Source of the DNA: Squalus acanthias
Lineage: Eukaryota
Direction: 5' to 3'
DNA: 64,000 nt
NCBI GenBank assembly: GCA_030390025.1
Contig: CM059432.1
Location: 75,952,001 to 76,016,000 of the forward strand
The position numbers were made by a program, and so were the translations under genes. A model generated the notes under the pieces. That model had not been told where the DNA came from. It searched no databases and saw only the letters and a list, made by a program, of their open reading frames with translations. Every line of letters starts with the position of its first letter. Position 1 is the stretch's first letter. This document shows, piece after piece, positions 33,190 to 45,390 of this stretch.

Positions 33190-34968
33190 GAAACAACATA
33201 GGAACAAGAGTACACCATTCACCCCCTTGAGTCTGTTCCGACATTCAATTAGATCATGACTGATCTATAGCTTAACTCTATCTACCCACCTTGGTTCCAT
33301 AACCCATAATACCCTTGTCTAACAAAAATCTATCAATCTCAGTTTTGAAATTTTCAATTGACCTAGCCTCAACAGCTTTTGAGGAGAGAGTTCCAGATTT
33401 CCTTTGTGTGAAGAACTGCTTCCTGACATCACCCCTGAATGGCCTAGCTCTAATTTTAAGGTTATGCCTCCTTGTTCTGGACTCCCCAGCAGTGGAAATG
33501 GTTTCTTTCTATCTACCCTATCAAATCCTTTAATCATCTTAAACAGCTCAATTAGATCTCTTCTTAATCTTCTATATTCAAGGGAATACAAGCCTAGTCT
33601 ATACAACTAGATTGGATGGGCATAACGCATTCAGCTGAAGTTCCTTTATCTGCTATTTTAGCAGAGATATTAACCCATTTAACATAAATAGCTTAATGCC
33701 TCCACTAAGATGATGGACAATGTAATTTTAGACAAAAATGTTAAGCCTTTATATACTGTTATCCCATGTGTAACTTCAAGGTGTTTGTAACTTTTATGGT
33801 ACACAGCAAATTTACATCTCAAACTACGAGGATGCTACAGATTTCAAGGTAATTGTGTTTCCTTTTTTTGGCTGAAACTATTCCTTCCATGAGACTAAAT
33901 TTAATTTCTATGAAAAATAACACCTGGAACATTAACCTTCTTTCCCTTTTAGATGCTGGCTGACCTGCTGAGCATTTTCAGCATTTTTTGTTTTTATTTC
34001 AAGTTTCCAGCGTCACCCTCTGTTTAATTCTTACACTAAATCACCCTCCAGTGGCACGATGATACAATGTATTCTTATTACAGTCCCCACCGCGCATTGA
34101 TGTTAACTTGATTAGCCCACTATAAGCGTTGGAGGGTGTATCGTCTTTTCGAGACCAAAAAAGAGCTATCCAGCCTAATCCCACTTTTCAGCTCTTGGTC
34201 CATAGCTCTGTCGGTTACGGCACTTCTGTGCATATCCGAGTACTTCTTAAATGTGATGAGGGTTTCTGCCTCTGCCACCCTTTCAGGCGTGAGTTCCAGA
34301 CCCCCACCACCCGCTGGGTGAAAAAAGTTCTCCTCAAATCCCCTCTAATCCTTCTACCAATTACTTTAAGTCTATGCCTCCTGGTTATTGACTTCTCTGC
34401 TGGGGAAATAGGTGCTTCCTATCCACTCTATCTAGGCCCCTCATAATTTTATACACCTCAATTTTGTCTCCCCTCAGCCTCCTCTGTTCCAAAGAAAACA
34501 ACCCCAGCCTATCCAATCTTTCCTCATAGCTAAAATTCTCCAGTCCTGGCAACATCCTCGTAAATCTCCTCTGTACCCTCTCTAGTGCAATCACATCGTT
34601 CCTGTAATGTGACTAGAACTGTACGCTGTACTCTAGCTGTGGCCTAACTAGTGTTTTAGTTCAAGCATAGCTTTCCTGCTCTTATATTCTATACCTTGAC
34701 TAATAAAGGAAAGTATCCCATTTGTCTTCTTAACCACCTTATCTACCTGTCCTGCTACCTTCAGGGATCTGTGGACAGGCACTCCAAGGTCCCTCTGTTC
34801 CTCTACACTTCTCAGTATCCTACCATTTATTGTGTATTCCCTTGCTTTGTTAGCCCTCCCCAAATGCATTACCTCACATTTCTCCGGATTGAATTCCATT
34901 TGCCACTTTTCTGCCCACCTGACCAGACCATTAATATCTTCCTGCAGTCTACAGCTTTCTTCCTCACT
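33190..34968 (-). mobile_element. Two 5'-truncated CR1 3' fragments (33190-33610 and 34155-34968)
   Basis: LGLYSLEYRRLRRDLIE and WAEKWQMEFNPEKCEVMH motifs. Confidence 0.8.
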
Positions 34969-35368
34969 ATCGGCATGACCATTTTTGACTCCATGCACGT
35001 ACAGCAAACGTGCGCCCCATGTCACATCTTTCTCCTCATATAGGGCTAAAAATTTGATAGCCCCCGAAAACGGGCGCGGGGATCGCGATGCGCGTTTAAC
35101 CCATGCCCGTTCAAAGTAATGCAGGCAGCACACAAACTTGTGCTGCCTCATAATTTAAATGATAGTGGCATGCAGCCCAGCACGAAACGCACTGCTGAGT
35201 GGCTGCAGGCTCAGCGGGGGGCCCAAGTTTGTGCAAGGCTAGCTCCAATTAAAGCTAGCCTGCACTTATTAAAGCCAGCCTGCACCTTTAAAAGGGGAGA
35301 TGCTGTTTGATGAGACCAGGTGCTGGAAGTCATTCCAGAAGGCAATTTCAACTGAGAAACATTCAGCA

Positions 35369-36890
35369 ATGGCACAACAGGACAGAGAGAGGGTTCCAAG
35401 GTTCTCAAATGCAGCACTGGAGGCCTTAATACAGGAAGTGGACAGGAGGAGAGAGGTCCTGTTTCCACAGGGGGCCAGGAGGCCCTCCAGACAGAGACTG
35501 TGAAGGCAGCGGGAGCAGATAGCCACAGAGGTCAGTGCCAACAGTGTTGTCCCAAGGACCTGGATGCAATGCCAGAAGAAGTTCAATTACCTCACACGAG
35601 TGGTCAAGGTCAGTGAATGCATCTTCAAATGCTATATCCCACAAACTGCAGCATTTACCTCAATTCACCACACTCCCCATCACTCACCTACCAATAATCT
35701 CTATCAATAATGACTCATACCTCACATTCACATGTTCCATCTCACCCTCACGCAGTTACCACTGCTGCAAGCCGCACACCCACCTCTCACAGCTTGTACA
35801 CACTGCTAGCTATTCAACCAACACATTGAACAGCACTCACTGACAGACTTCCTCTCTCTTGCAGGACAAGGTGACACACAACTGTAGGCAGTGACAGCTT
35901 ACCAGAGGGGACAGGCGCGCCTCCATATCCTGACCCTGTTCAAGGAGACGGTGCTCGGCATAATTGGAGTGGCTGTGACTAAGGCCGTGGCCAGCGGTGG
36001 TGCTGAAACCATTGAACATGACGATACGCTCATACCTAATCCTCCATCTCACATCCCACTTCCTCCTCATCCCACAATCTCTTCTGACTTACAAGCTACA
36101 GATGGTGTAAGCAGGCACCTCTTGCATTAACACCATCTGCTGCACAGGACTCATGAGGACTTCAATGGGGCGGGCTACAGAACAAAGCTGATGGGTATAC
36201 ACAACTAAATGCTTGGTGCATTGACAGGCCTGCCAGAAAGCCTGAATGCAATGTAAAGGAGCATGGAGGAGTCCAGCTCCAGCCTTACACAGGGCTTTGC
36301 GCAGAGCTTGGAGCCCATCCTTTCCAGCATGGAAGGGATGGGCAGAACCATTAGCACACTTGTGGACCCAACCATGATGCAGCGTCTGATGGCTGATGTC
36401 TCAGTTTCCATTGCAGCACAAGCAGAAGGCACCCAGCATCTGAGAGCTGCAGTGGAAGCTCAGACTGAAGTCATGCAAGCACAGACTGCTGCCATTATTG
36501 CTGCAGTAAGCAGTGTTGAAAGGGGCAGTCCAGCAATCTGTCCTCCAGCAGATTACTAGGAATGCTGAGGCGCCGCCCTGGGGGAGTGGCAGTGGCTCCG
36601 TGGAGGACGAACCTGCTGTCCTCTCTCAGGATGACTGCATTCGTCGTCCCACCACTGCCACTCCGCCGGTGCCCTTGCTGTTGCCTGTCAGCCAGCCAGC
36701 CCAGACTGCTGCTGCCCATGCTGAGGTGGTGTAGTCTGAAGCTGGGCCTACTAGCCCCTGAGCTGCTCAAGTTTGTCCATCTGTAGTTTCCCTCACTGAA
36801 AGTCAGCAGCCATCCACCAGCCATGCTGCAGCCACTAGGGTAGCACTGTGGAGGAGCACTAGGGCAGGCAAAGAAGACAGACACTAAGGG
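35369..36890 (+). pseudogene. Harbinger Myb/SANT-like DNA-binding protein gene, disrupted, intron-containing
   Basis: Exon 1 (35369-35608) MAQQDRERVPRFSNAALEALIQEV...RTWMQCQKKFNYL with an internal stop, GTCAGT donor; exon 2 starts at 35865. Confidence 0.82.
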
Positions 36891-37079
36891 AATGCACAAG
36901 GGTGATTAATTGATTTTTGAATGAAATATTGTAATGACTTGATTCATAAAATTGGTTTGGAATGTTTGTTTTGTGGTGGCTTTTATTGTAGAATTGTGGC
37001 CAAGAGGACACTGTGATGGTCATTAACAGAGGGAAGATAAGGTGTAGGACTATTGGTGATTGGGGAATTGAGGTTGTGT

Positions 37080-38228
37080 TCACTGGTACCACAGTCAGAT
37101 GAATCGATCACAGACAGCCCGGGCAAAAAGTGGCTGTTCTGGGTGGCCTCCTCTTCCGCCTCCTCCTCCTCCTCCTTTTCCACTTCCTCCTCCTCCTCTT
37201 CTTCTTCTTCCTCCTGCTCCTCCTCCTCCTCTTCCTCCTCCTTCTCAGCTGGTTGCCGTATGCCTGGTGGCAAGAGCTGTGTCCTCATGATGGCGAGGTT
37301 GTGGAGGATGCAGCAGACCACGATGCATCTTGAGACATGTTCTGGACCTCCGGAGTAGTCCAGGCAGCAGAATCGTTGTTTAAGCACGCCAATGGACTGC
37401 TCGATCAGATTTGGTGTGGCAGCATAGCTTTCATTGTATGCATGCTGCCCACGTGTGCGTGGGTTGCACAGTGGAGTCATGAGCCAGCTGGTCAGAGGAT
37501 AGCCCTTGTTGCCCAGTAGTCACCCCCTGGTTTGTCGTGGTGGCTCAAATGCTGATGGTACAGCGGGCTGCCGCAGAATGAAGGCATCATGACTGCTGCC
37601 AGGATACCGAGCATTGACCTGCATGATTCACTGAGTATGGTCACACACCAGCTGGACATTGAGGGAGTGGAATCCCTTCTGGTTGTGGTACATCTCCGAA
37701 TTAAGATACGGTGCCCACAAAGCCTGCTATCCTGGCAAGGTTGCGTGCTCACTCCGCCTGCTTCTCTTTGGCAAGAGAGAATGTGATATATGCTGCTCTC
37801 CTTGCATACAGAGCCTCAATGACCTCCCTTATACAGGAGTGGACGGCGAACTGGGAGCTGTTACAGATATCGCCTGCTCCAGCCTGGAAGGAGTCCGACG
37901 CGAAGAAGTTCAAGGCCACGGTCACCTTTACAGCCTCTAGCAATGCCGTCCTCGCTCTGGACTGAGGCTACAGTTCTGCCTGCAGCAGGTGGCAGATTTC
38001 AGTGAGCATCTCCTTAGTGAAATGGAGATGTCGCATGCACTGTTTCTTGCTGAGGTTGAGGTAGGAGAATTGCTCCCTGAAGACCCTGGGTGGATATGGC
38101 CTCCTGCTGAGAGCCTTTTTCTCCCCCACCTCCTCCTGCCTCTTCTAGCAACTTGTCCAGCTCTGTCGCCTCTGCTCATTCTCCCTGTCATGCTGCAGGC
38201 CAAGGGGGAGACAAACTATTGCACCCGT
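37080..38228 (-). pseudogene. Harbinger DDE transposase, disrupted
   Basis: VKVTVALNFFASDSFQ, NQKGFHSLNVQLVCD, YPGSSHDAFIL, LLGNKGY, IEQSIGVLKQRF, acidic tail. The GAIDCTH-type segment is deleted; stops and frameshifts are present. Confidence 0.9.
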
Positions 38229-38853
38229 GTCTGGGAGCAACCGGTCTGAGCAGATCCTTTGCAAATCAGTACTAAGTCCCTGAGCCCGTGCCACACCACT
38301 CCTTGTAGACTTTAGGCAACTTTTAAAGAAGTCTAGAAAGCACTAAACACTTCTGCAAACTCAGCAACAGCTAGTAGAAATCAATCAGCAACTAACTTGT
38401 GAGTAGGTGATGATCCCTTTAAATAGCACTGGTGGGGGGTCCTTCCTGCTGATGAAAGCATCTTTAGCTGTGTGAGGTTAAGAGAGGGTGTTAGCTCCAG
38501 CATTGAGGTCAAAAATGGCAGCGCTGACACCAAATCAGCATTACATGCTGATTAACGTCAAGATCTGCCTACTCTGCATGCTTCCTGCGCACGATCCCAG
38601 CGCTGATGCCAACACCCTCACCAAAATGGCGTCTGCTGCAGTCCGCACCAGAAGTGTGCGTGTGCTGCTCTGATGCCATTTTCAGCCCAAAATGGCACCC
38701 GTAGTGCCCAAACAACAGGTGCTATGCAACTGAATTATTATCCCATATTATCTAACTAACTATTTCAAATGTTCAAAACAAACGTATATTGTGGAACTCT
38801 GAAATTTAGCCAACAAAACACACAATCACAAGCAAGCAGTACAAAAACACATG

Positions 38854-39140
38854 GGGCGCGAAATTCAGTTACGCCCTGTTTGGGGGCGGTAACCGAGTTA
38901 AGGCCGGACATTTAGCGCCCGGCGCTGAAGTACCGTCCCGGCCACGAAATTTGCCTTACCGCCCCGCACAGGAAGTGGAGTGCAATCTCGGGCGCTCCAC
39001 TTCCTGGCGGGGCGGTAACCGAGACGATGTCAGGGCTCGATCGGCAGCGCTCCGCTTGGGCTCCGCAGAGTGCTGCCACATTTCAACACCCCTCCCCTTC
39101 AGTTAAAGGGGTGGACTGCTGCGCACTCTGCAGCCAACCA
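38854..39140. mobile_element. Partial copy of the 6742-7236 MITE
   Basis: High similarity to 6742-7020. Confidence 0.85.
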
Positions 39141-39801
39141 ACCAGTTCTTGCAAACTACCGCCCCATTTCCAACCTACCTTTCCTCTCCACGTCTTTAAA
39201 TGTGTTGTCGCCTCCCAAATCCATGCCCATCTTTCCCGGAACTCCATGTTTGAATCCCTCCAATCAGATTTCCGCCCGTCACAGTACTGAAACGGCTCTT
39301 ATCAAAGTCACAAATGACATCCTATGTGACTGTGACAAAGGTAAACTATCCCTCCTCGTCCTTCTCAACCTGTCTGCAGCCTTTGACACGGTTGACCACA
39401 CCATCCTCCAATGCCTCTCCATCATCGTCCAGCTGGGTGGGACCGCACTCGCTTGGTTCCATTCTTATCTATCCAATGGTAGCCAGAGAATCACCTGTAG
39501 TGGCTTCTCTTCTCACTCCCGCATCGTTACCTCTGGTGTCCCCCAAGGATCTATCCTTGGCCCCCTCCTATTTTTCATCTACATGCTGCCCCTTGGCGAC
39601 ATCATCCAAAAACACAGCGTCAGTTTCCACATGTATGCTGACAGCACCAAGCTCTACCTCCCCACCACCTCTTTCAACCCGTCCACTGTATCTAAATTGT
39701 CAGACTGCTTGTCCGACATCCAGTACTGGATGAGCAGAAATTTCCTCCAACTAAATATTGGGAAGACCGAAGCCATTGTCTTCAGTCCCTGCCACAAACT
39801 C
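39140..39801 (+). mobile_element. L2 LINE RT fragment
   Basis: [40 protein letters not shown]; a matching L2 3' tail resumes at 45160. Confidence 0.9.
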
Positions 39802-41707
39802 TGTCAAAAACATGCGTGGTTTTTCCATTTAAAAGCCAGTGAACCAGCTGCATGGGGCCTCCAGAGCACTGCGTGGCCACACAGTTTCGCGGCCGTGCAG
39901 CTTAAAGGGAACATTGCTTCCAGGTGTTTGTCATGTTCCCAAATTGCTACTTCAAATGTCTCTCCAAAATCAACCGTTACAAAATCATCTGCAATGCCCT
40001 CTATCCCTTGCAGTCTACCAGCTCATGCATCTTCCATTGGAAGATTTCTGGCGTTGAGCTGATCCCAATTGGCATACACTTCCAGCGGTATCGTCCAAAA
40101 GGTGTGTGGAATGTGGTTAGATATGATGATTGTTCTTTGAGACTCACGTGCCAAAACCATTGCGGACGTTGAGAATCATGAAGACTTTAGTACCTTGTAG
40201 CTAAATCTTCAATAGTCAGCAGAGGATAATACTCTCGCTTGATAGCCTTGTTTAAGTCTTTGGGATCTAAGCAGATACATAGTGTGCCGTTCTTCTTAGG
40301 TACGACTACCATCGAACTTATCCATGAGGTCAGCATTGTTACAGGAATGATGATGTCCTGTCTGGCCAGATCATCCAGGGTTTCCTTCAGCTTATCCCTT
40401 AAAACCACTGGTACTTGATATGAGACATGTTGGACTGGATCTACTGTCTTGTCGAGCCTGATTCGGTACCTCCCTCAACTTGTCCGACTTCATCACTGAA
40501 TACTCGAGGATTTTTCAGTATTAAACACTCCTTGGTTAGCGGCTTGTAGTTATTGATCACGTATACTGATATACCAGTAGAGGGTGTTATATTAATTTCA
40601 CCATTAACCGTATACTTAATGATGTTCATGCCCAGGCACGCCTTTCTACCCAGATGAGGCTGTATAGTCGTGCTATCAACGAGCTTACAATCCAGCTCAC
40701 ACCTTATGTCACCACGTTGGACCAGGATTTGTACTTTTCCTCTAATGGGGAGCCTTGAACCGCTATAAGCTACATTCTCGGTCTTAACTGGTTCGACCTT
40801 TGCTAATTTAAAATCTCTTGTTGTTTTTTGATATAGGTGAGGCGGAACCACATTACATTGTGCACCCGTGTCTATTTGAAATCTTGGGTAGTTGCCTGAC
40901 TCCTGCTTAAGTGTAATACATTGCAAATCATCCAAACCAATAGCACTGACCTCATTAATGACAAAACTTCTCCTGTCCTAGGTTCGTCATCTATTACTCT
41001 AGCTGTCTGTCTGTGTGCAGGCGATTTTTTTTTCCACAGCAAAATGGTTGGTTTTTCTGCACTTATTGCACATTATCCCAAAGACAGGGCACAGTTCTCT
41101 TTTGTGGAATTAGTTTTTCTTCCACAGTTCCAGCAGTGTCGAGTCTTTAGGGAGCCTCCAGTGTTGTCCTGAAGCTTGCATCTGTCGTGCCTTGGGGTCT
41201 CCTTGGCTTTCTGTACTGCACCCACATTCTGTCCACTTGACTCTCCAATCACTTTGAATTGCACCACCATGCTTTCAGAGGTATGACAAATCTCATCCGT
41301 CTTCAACAAGGTTAGATTAGCCTCTTGAAGCAGTCTCTCTCGCACCTTCGTATCCGCAATCCCAAACACGAGTCGGTCTCGGAGTATCTCTTCTGGCGAT
41401 ATGGAGTGGAAATCGTACCCTTCGGCAAGTTTTTGCACTGCTGTATGATATTGGCCATATGTTTCACCAGTTTCTTGCATTCTCCCGTTAACTTATATCT
41501 CTCAAAAGAAACGTTCTTGTGCGGTTGGCAGTACTGAGAGAACTTCGTCAGCACTGCCATCTTGTCTCTGTCTCCATCGTCGGACCACCAGACTTGGAGT
41601 AGACTTCACGCACTTCTTCCCTTTTCACTGTGAGAAGTGTTGCTCCCTGCATTTATTCCGTCTTCTGGTCAAGCTCCATCGCAAGAGGGTAGTTATTCCA
41701 GGTTCAC

Positions 41708-44700
41708 TTTTTTTTAATATTCGTTCCTGGGCAAGGCTAGCATTTATTGCCCATCCCTAATTGCCCTTGAGAAGGTGGTGGTGAGCCACCTTCTTGAACC
41801 GCTGCAGTGCTGGTGAAAGTACTCCCACAGTGCTGTTAGGGAGGGAGTTCCAGGATTTTGACCCAGCGACGATGAAGGAACAGTGATATATTTCCAAGTC
41901 AGGATGGTGTGTAACTTGGAGGGGAACTTGCAGGTGATGGTGTTCTCATGCGTTTGCTGCCCTTGTCCTTCTGGGTGGTACAGGTTGCGAGTTTGGGAGT
42001 TGCTGCTGAAGAGGCCTTGGCGAGTTGCTGCAGTGCATCGTGTAGATGGTACACACTGCAGCCACGGTGCGCCGGTGGTGGAGGGAGTGAATGTTTAAGG
42101 TGGTGGATGGGGTGCCAATCAAGCGGGCTGCTTTGTCCTGGATGATATCGAGCTTCTTGAGTGTTGTTAGAGCTGCACTCATCCAGGCAAGTGGGGAGTA
42201 TTCCATCACACTCCTTACTTGTGCCTTGTAAATGGTGGAAAGGCTTTGGGGAGTCAGGAGGTGAGACACTCACTGCAGAATAGCCAGCCTCTGACCTGCT
42301 CTTGTAGCCACAGTATTTATGTGGCTGGTAATGCCGTTGAATGTCATGGGGCAGTGATTAGACTCTCGCTTGTTGGAGATAGTCATTGCCTGGCACTTAT
42401 GTGGCGCGAATGTTACTTGCCACTTATCAGCCCAAGCCTGAATGTCATCCAGGTCTTGCTGTATTTGGGCATCGACTGCTTCATTATCTGAGGAGTTGCG
42501 AATGGAACTGAACACTATGCAATCATCAGCGAACATCCCCATTTCTGGCCTGATGGAGGGAAGGTCATTGATGAAGCAGCTGAAGATGGTTGGGCCTAGG
42601 ACACTGCCCTGAGGAACTCCTGCAGTGATGTCCTGGGGCTGAGATGATTGACCTCCAATAACCACAACCATCTTCCTTTGTGCTTGGTATGACTCCAGCC
42701 AGTGGAGATTTTTTCCCCTGATTCCCATTGACTTCAATTTTACTTGGGCTCCTTGATGCCACACTCAGTCAAATGCTGCCTTGATGTCAAGGGCAATCAG
42801 CTTCACCTCACCTCTGGAATTCAGCTCTTCTGTCCATGTTTGGGCCAAGGCTGTAATGAGGTCTGGAGCCAAGTGGTCCTGGCTGAACCCAAATTGAGCA
42901 TCGGTGAGCAGGTTATTGGTAAATGCCACTTGATCGCACTGTCAACGACACCTTCCATCACATTGCTGATGATTGAGAGTAGACTGATGGTGTGGTAATT
43001 GGCCGGATTGGATTTGTCCTGCTTTTTGTGGACAGGACATACCTGGGCAGTTTTCCACTTTATCGGGTAGATGCCAGTGTTGCAGCTTGGCTAGAGACGC
43101 AGCTAGTTCTGGAGTATAAGTCTTCAGCACGACAGCCGGGATGTTGTCAGGGCCCATAGCCTTTGCTGTATCCCGTGCGCTCAGCTGTTTCTTGATACCA
43201 CATGGAGTGAATCGAATTGGCTGAAGACTGGCTTCTGTGATGGTGGGGACCTCAGGAGGAGGCCGATATGGATCATCCACTCAGCACTTCTGGCTGAAGA
43301 TGGTTGCAAACGCTTCAGCCTTGTCTTTTGCACTCCCGTGCTGAGCTCCGTTATCATTGAGGATAGGGATATTCCTGGAGCCTCCTCCTCCCATTAGTTG
43401 TTTAATTGTCCACCACCATTCAGGACTAGATGTGGCAGGACTGCAGAGCTTTGATCTGATCCGTTGATTGTGGGATCACTTAGCTCTGTCTATAGCATGC
43501 TCCGTCCGCTGTTTAGCATGCATGTAGTCCTGTGTTGCAGCTTCCCCAGGTTGGCACCTCATTTTAGGTACACCTGGTGCTGCTCCTGGCATACTCTTCT
43601 GCACTCCTCATTGAACCAGGTTGGTCCCCTGGCTTGATGGTAATGGTAGAGTGAGTGATATGCCGGGCCATGAGTTTACAGATTGTGGTGAAATACAATT
43701 CTGCTGCTGCCCCACAGCACCTCATGGATGGCCAGTTTTGAGCTGCTAGATCTGTTCTGAGTCTATCCCATTTAGCACAGTGGTAGTGTCACAGAACACG
43801 ATGGAGGCTGTCCTCAGTGTGAAGATTTCGTCTCCACAAGGACTGTGCGGTGGTCACTGCTGCCAATGCTGTCTTGGATAGATGCATCTGCGACAGGTAG
43901 AATGGTGAGGACGAGATCAAGTAGGTTTTCCCCTCGTGTTGGTTCTCTCACCACCTGTCGCAGGCCCAGACTGGCAGCTATGTCCATCAGGACTCAGCTA
44001 GCTCGGTCAGTAGTGGTGCTACCGAGCCACTCTTGGTGATGAACATTGAAGTCCCCCCACCCAGAGAACATTCTGTGCCCTTGCTACTCTCAGTGCTTCT
44101 TCCAAGTGGTGTTCAACATGGAGGAGTACTGATTCATCAGCTGAGGGAGGGCGGTAGGTGGTAATCAGCAAAAGCTTTCCTTGCCCATGCTTGACCTGAA
44201 GCCATGAGACTTCATGGGGTCCGGAGTCAATTTTGAGGGCTCCCAGGACCACTCCTTCCCGACTGTGTACCACTGTGCCACCACCTCTGGTGGGTCTGTC
44301 CTGCCGGTGGCACAGTACATACCCAGGGATGGTGATGGAGGAATCTGGGACATTGACTGAAAGGTATGATTCTGTGAGTGTGACTATGTCAGGCTGTTGC
44401 TTGACTAGTCTGTGCGACAGCGCTCCCAATTTTGGCACAAGTCCTCAGATGTTTCTGAGGAGGACTTTGCAGGGTCGACTGGTGTGCCATTGTCGAGTCT
44501 GAAGCCGGTGCCGAGGTTGATGCCAGGTGGTCCATCCAGTTTTATTTTCATAGCAGTTGTGTACAACTGAGTGAAATGGCATAGCAAGCCAGAGGACAGT
44601 TAAGAGTCAACCACATTGCTGTGGGTCTGGAGTCACGTATAGGCCAGACCAGGTAAGGATGGCCAATTTCCTCCATTAAAGGACATTAGTGAACCGGATG

Positions 44701-44885
44701 GGTTTTTACGATAATCCGATAGTTTCATGGTTACCTATACTGATATTAGCTTTTTGTTCCAGATTTATTTAATTAACTGAAATTAAATTCCCCAGCTGCC
44801 ATGGTGGAGAATTGAACTCGTGTCTCCGGATCATTAGTCCAGGCCTCTGGATTACTAGTCCAGTTAAGCTAACCACTGTGCTACC
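41708..44885 (-). mobile_element. CR1-group LINE with a tRNA-derived 5' head and no ORF1; decayed APE-RT ORF
   Basis: A box TAGCACAGTGG and B-box-like GAGTTCAATTC at the 5' end; APE (QPDIVTLTESYL, TYRPP) and RT motifs; poly(A) tail at 41708-41715. Confidence 0.9.
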
Positions 44886-45058
44886 TCTTCCACTTTTCTG
44901 CAGCATTCGCGTGGTGGATATCAAGAGCTGGAATTGGTGTAGAGCATATCCAGACGCCATCGTCTACACGCTTTAGTTTAGTTATCGAGTAACTTTTAAA
45001 ACTATGTAGGTCACCGATATGTTCACTAAAAAAGTGAAAGTTGCTTTCAACAACAGTA

Positions 45059-45073
45059 CCACCGCTGCCACCA
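45059..45073 (-). promoter_or_regulatory. Primer-binding site complementary to the tRNA-Leu 3' end
   Basis: TGGTGGCAGCGGTGG lies 2 nt after an LTR-type ...ACA end (45076) and matches tRNA-Leu ...CCACCGCTGCCACCA. Confidence 0.82.
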
Positions 45074-45159
45074 CGTGTCGATAGAACAAAGGGAAATCAT
45101 GTGCGATTCACATGATGATGCAGACGCCACGCATGTACAGCAAACACTTACCCTGCACG

Positions 45160-45390
45160 AAGGCCCTAACCTCTGGAATTCCCTCACTAAACCTCTCTGC
45201 CTCTCCACCTCTCTTTCCTCCTTTAAGATGCTCCTTAAAACCTACCTCTTTGACCAAACTTTTGGTCATCTACCCTAATACCTCGTTATGTGGCTCGGTG
45301 TCAAATTTTGTTTTATAATGCTCCTGTGAAGTGCCTTGGGACGTTTTACTACATTAAAGGTGCTATATAAATAGAAGTTGTTGTTGTTGT
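45160..45390 (+). mobile_element. L2 3' end with (TTG)n tail
   Basis: Matches the reverse complement of 31618-31850. Confidence 0.88.

Larger units (their letters stand above)
35043..38744. mobile_element. Full-length but decayed PIF/Harbinger transposon (Myb/SANT gene and transposase, convergent)
   Basis: TIRs GGGCTAAAAATT / GGGATAATAATT, ATA TSD, and two convergent pseudo-ORFs. Confidence 0.9.
39917..45155 (-). mobile_element. Gypsy LTR retrotransposon remnant (partial 5' LTR, PBS, gag, protease, RT N-terminus), split by a LINE
   Basis: gag MASG...ALDIHHANAAEKWKR (44960-44886) continues as TWNNYPLAMELDQK at ~41705; LRDRLVFGI; protease FQIDTGAQCNV; RT WISSMVVVPKKNG...CLDPKDLN, TPFGRYRW, IADDF. 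Confidence 0.9.

Noticed and set aside
37145..37245. Poly-Glu/Ser/Pro/Leu ORFs in several frames
   Set aside because: A (GAG/GAA)n low-complexity tract at the transposase tail; the other frames are artefacts.
37080..38228. Possible host HARBI1 gene
   Set aside because: It has stops, frameshifts and a deleted catalytic segment, and lies within TIRs/TSD beside a Myb partner, so it is a transposon copy.
44800..44885. tRNA-like sequence with A and B boxes
   Set aside because: No complete cloverleaf; it is contiguous with SINE/LINE body sequence, so it is a retroposon head and not a tRNA gene.
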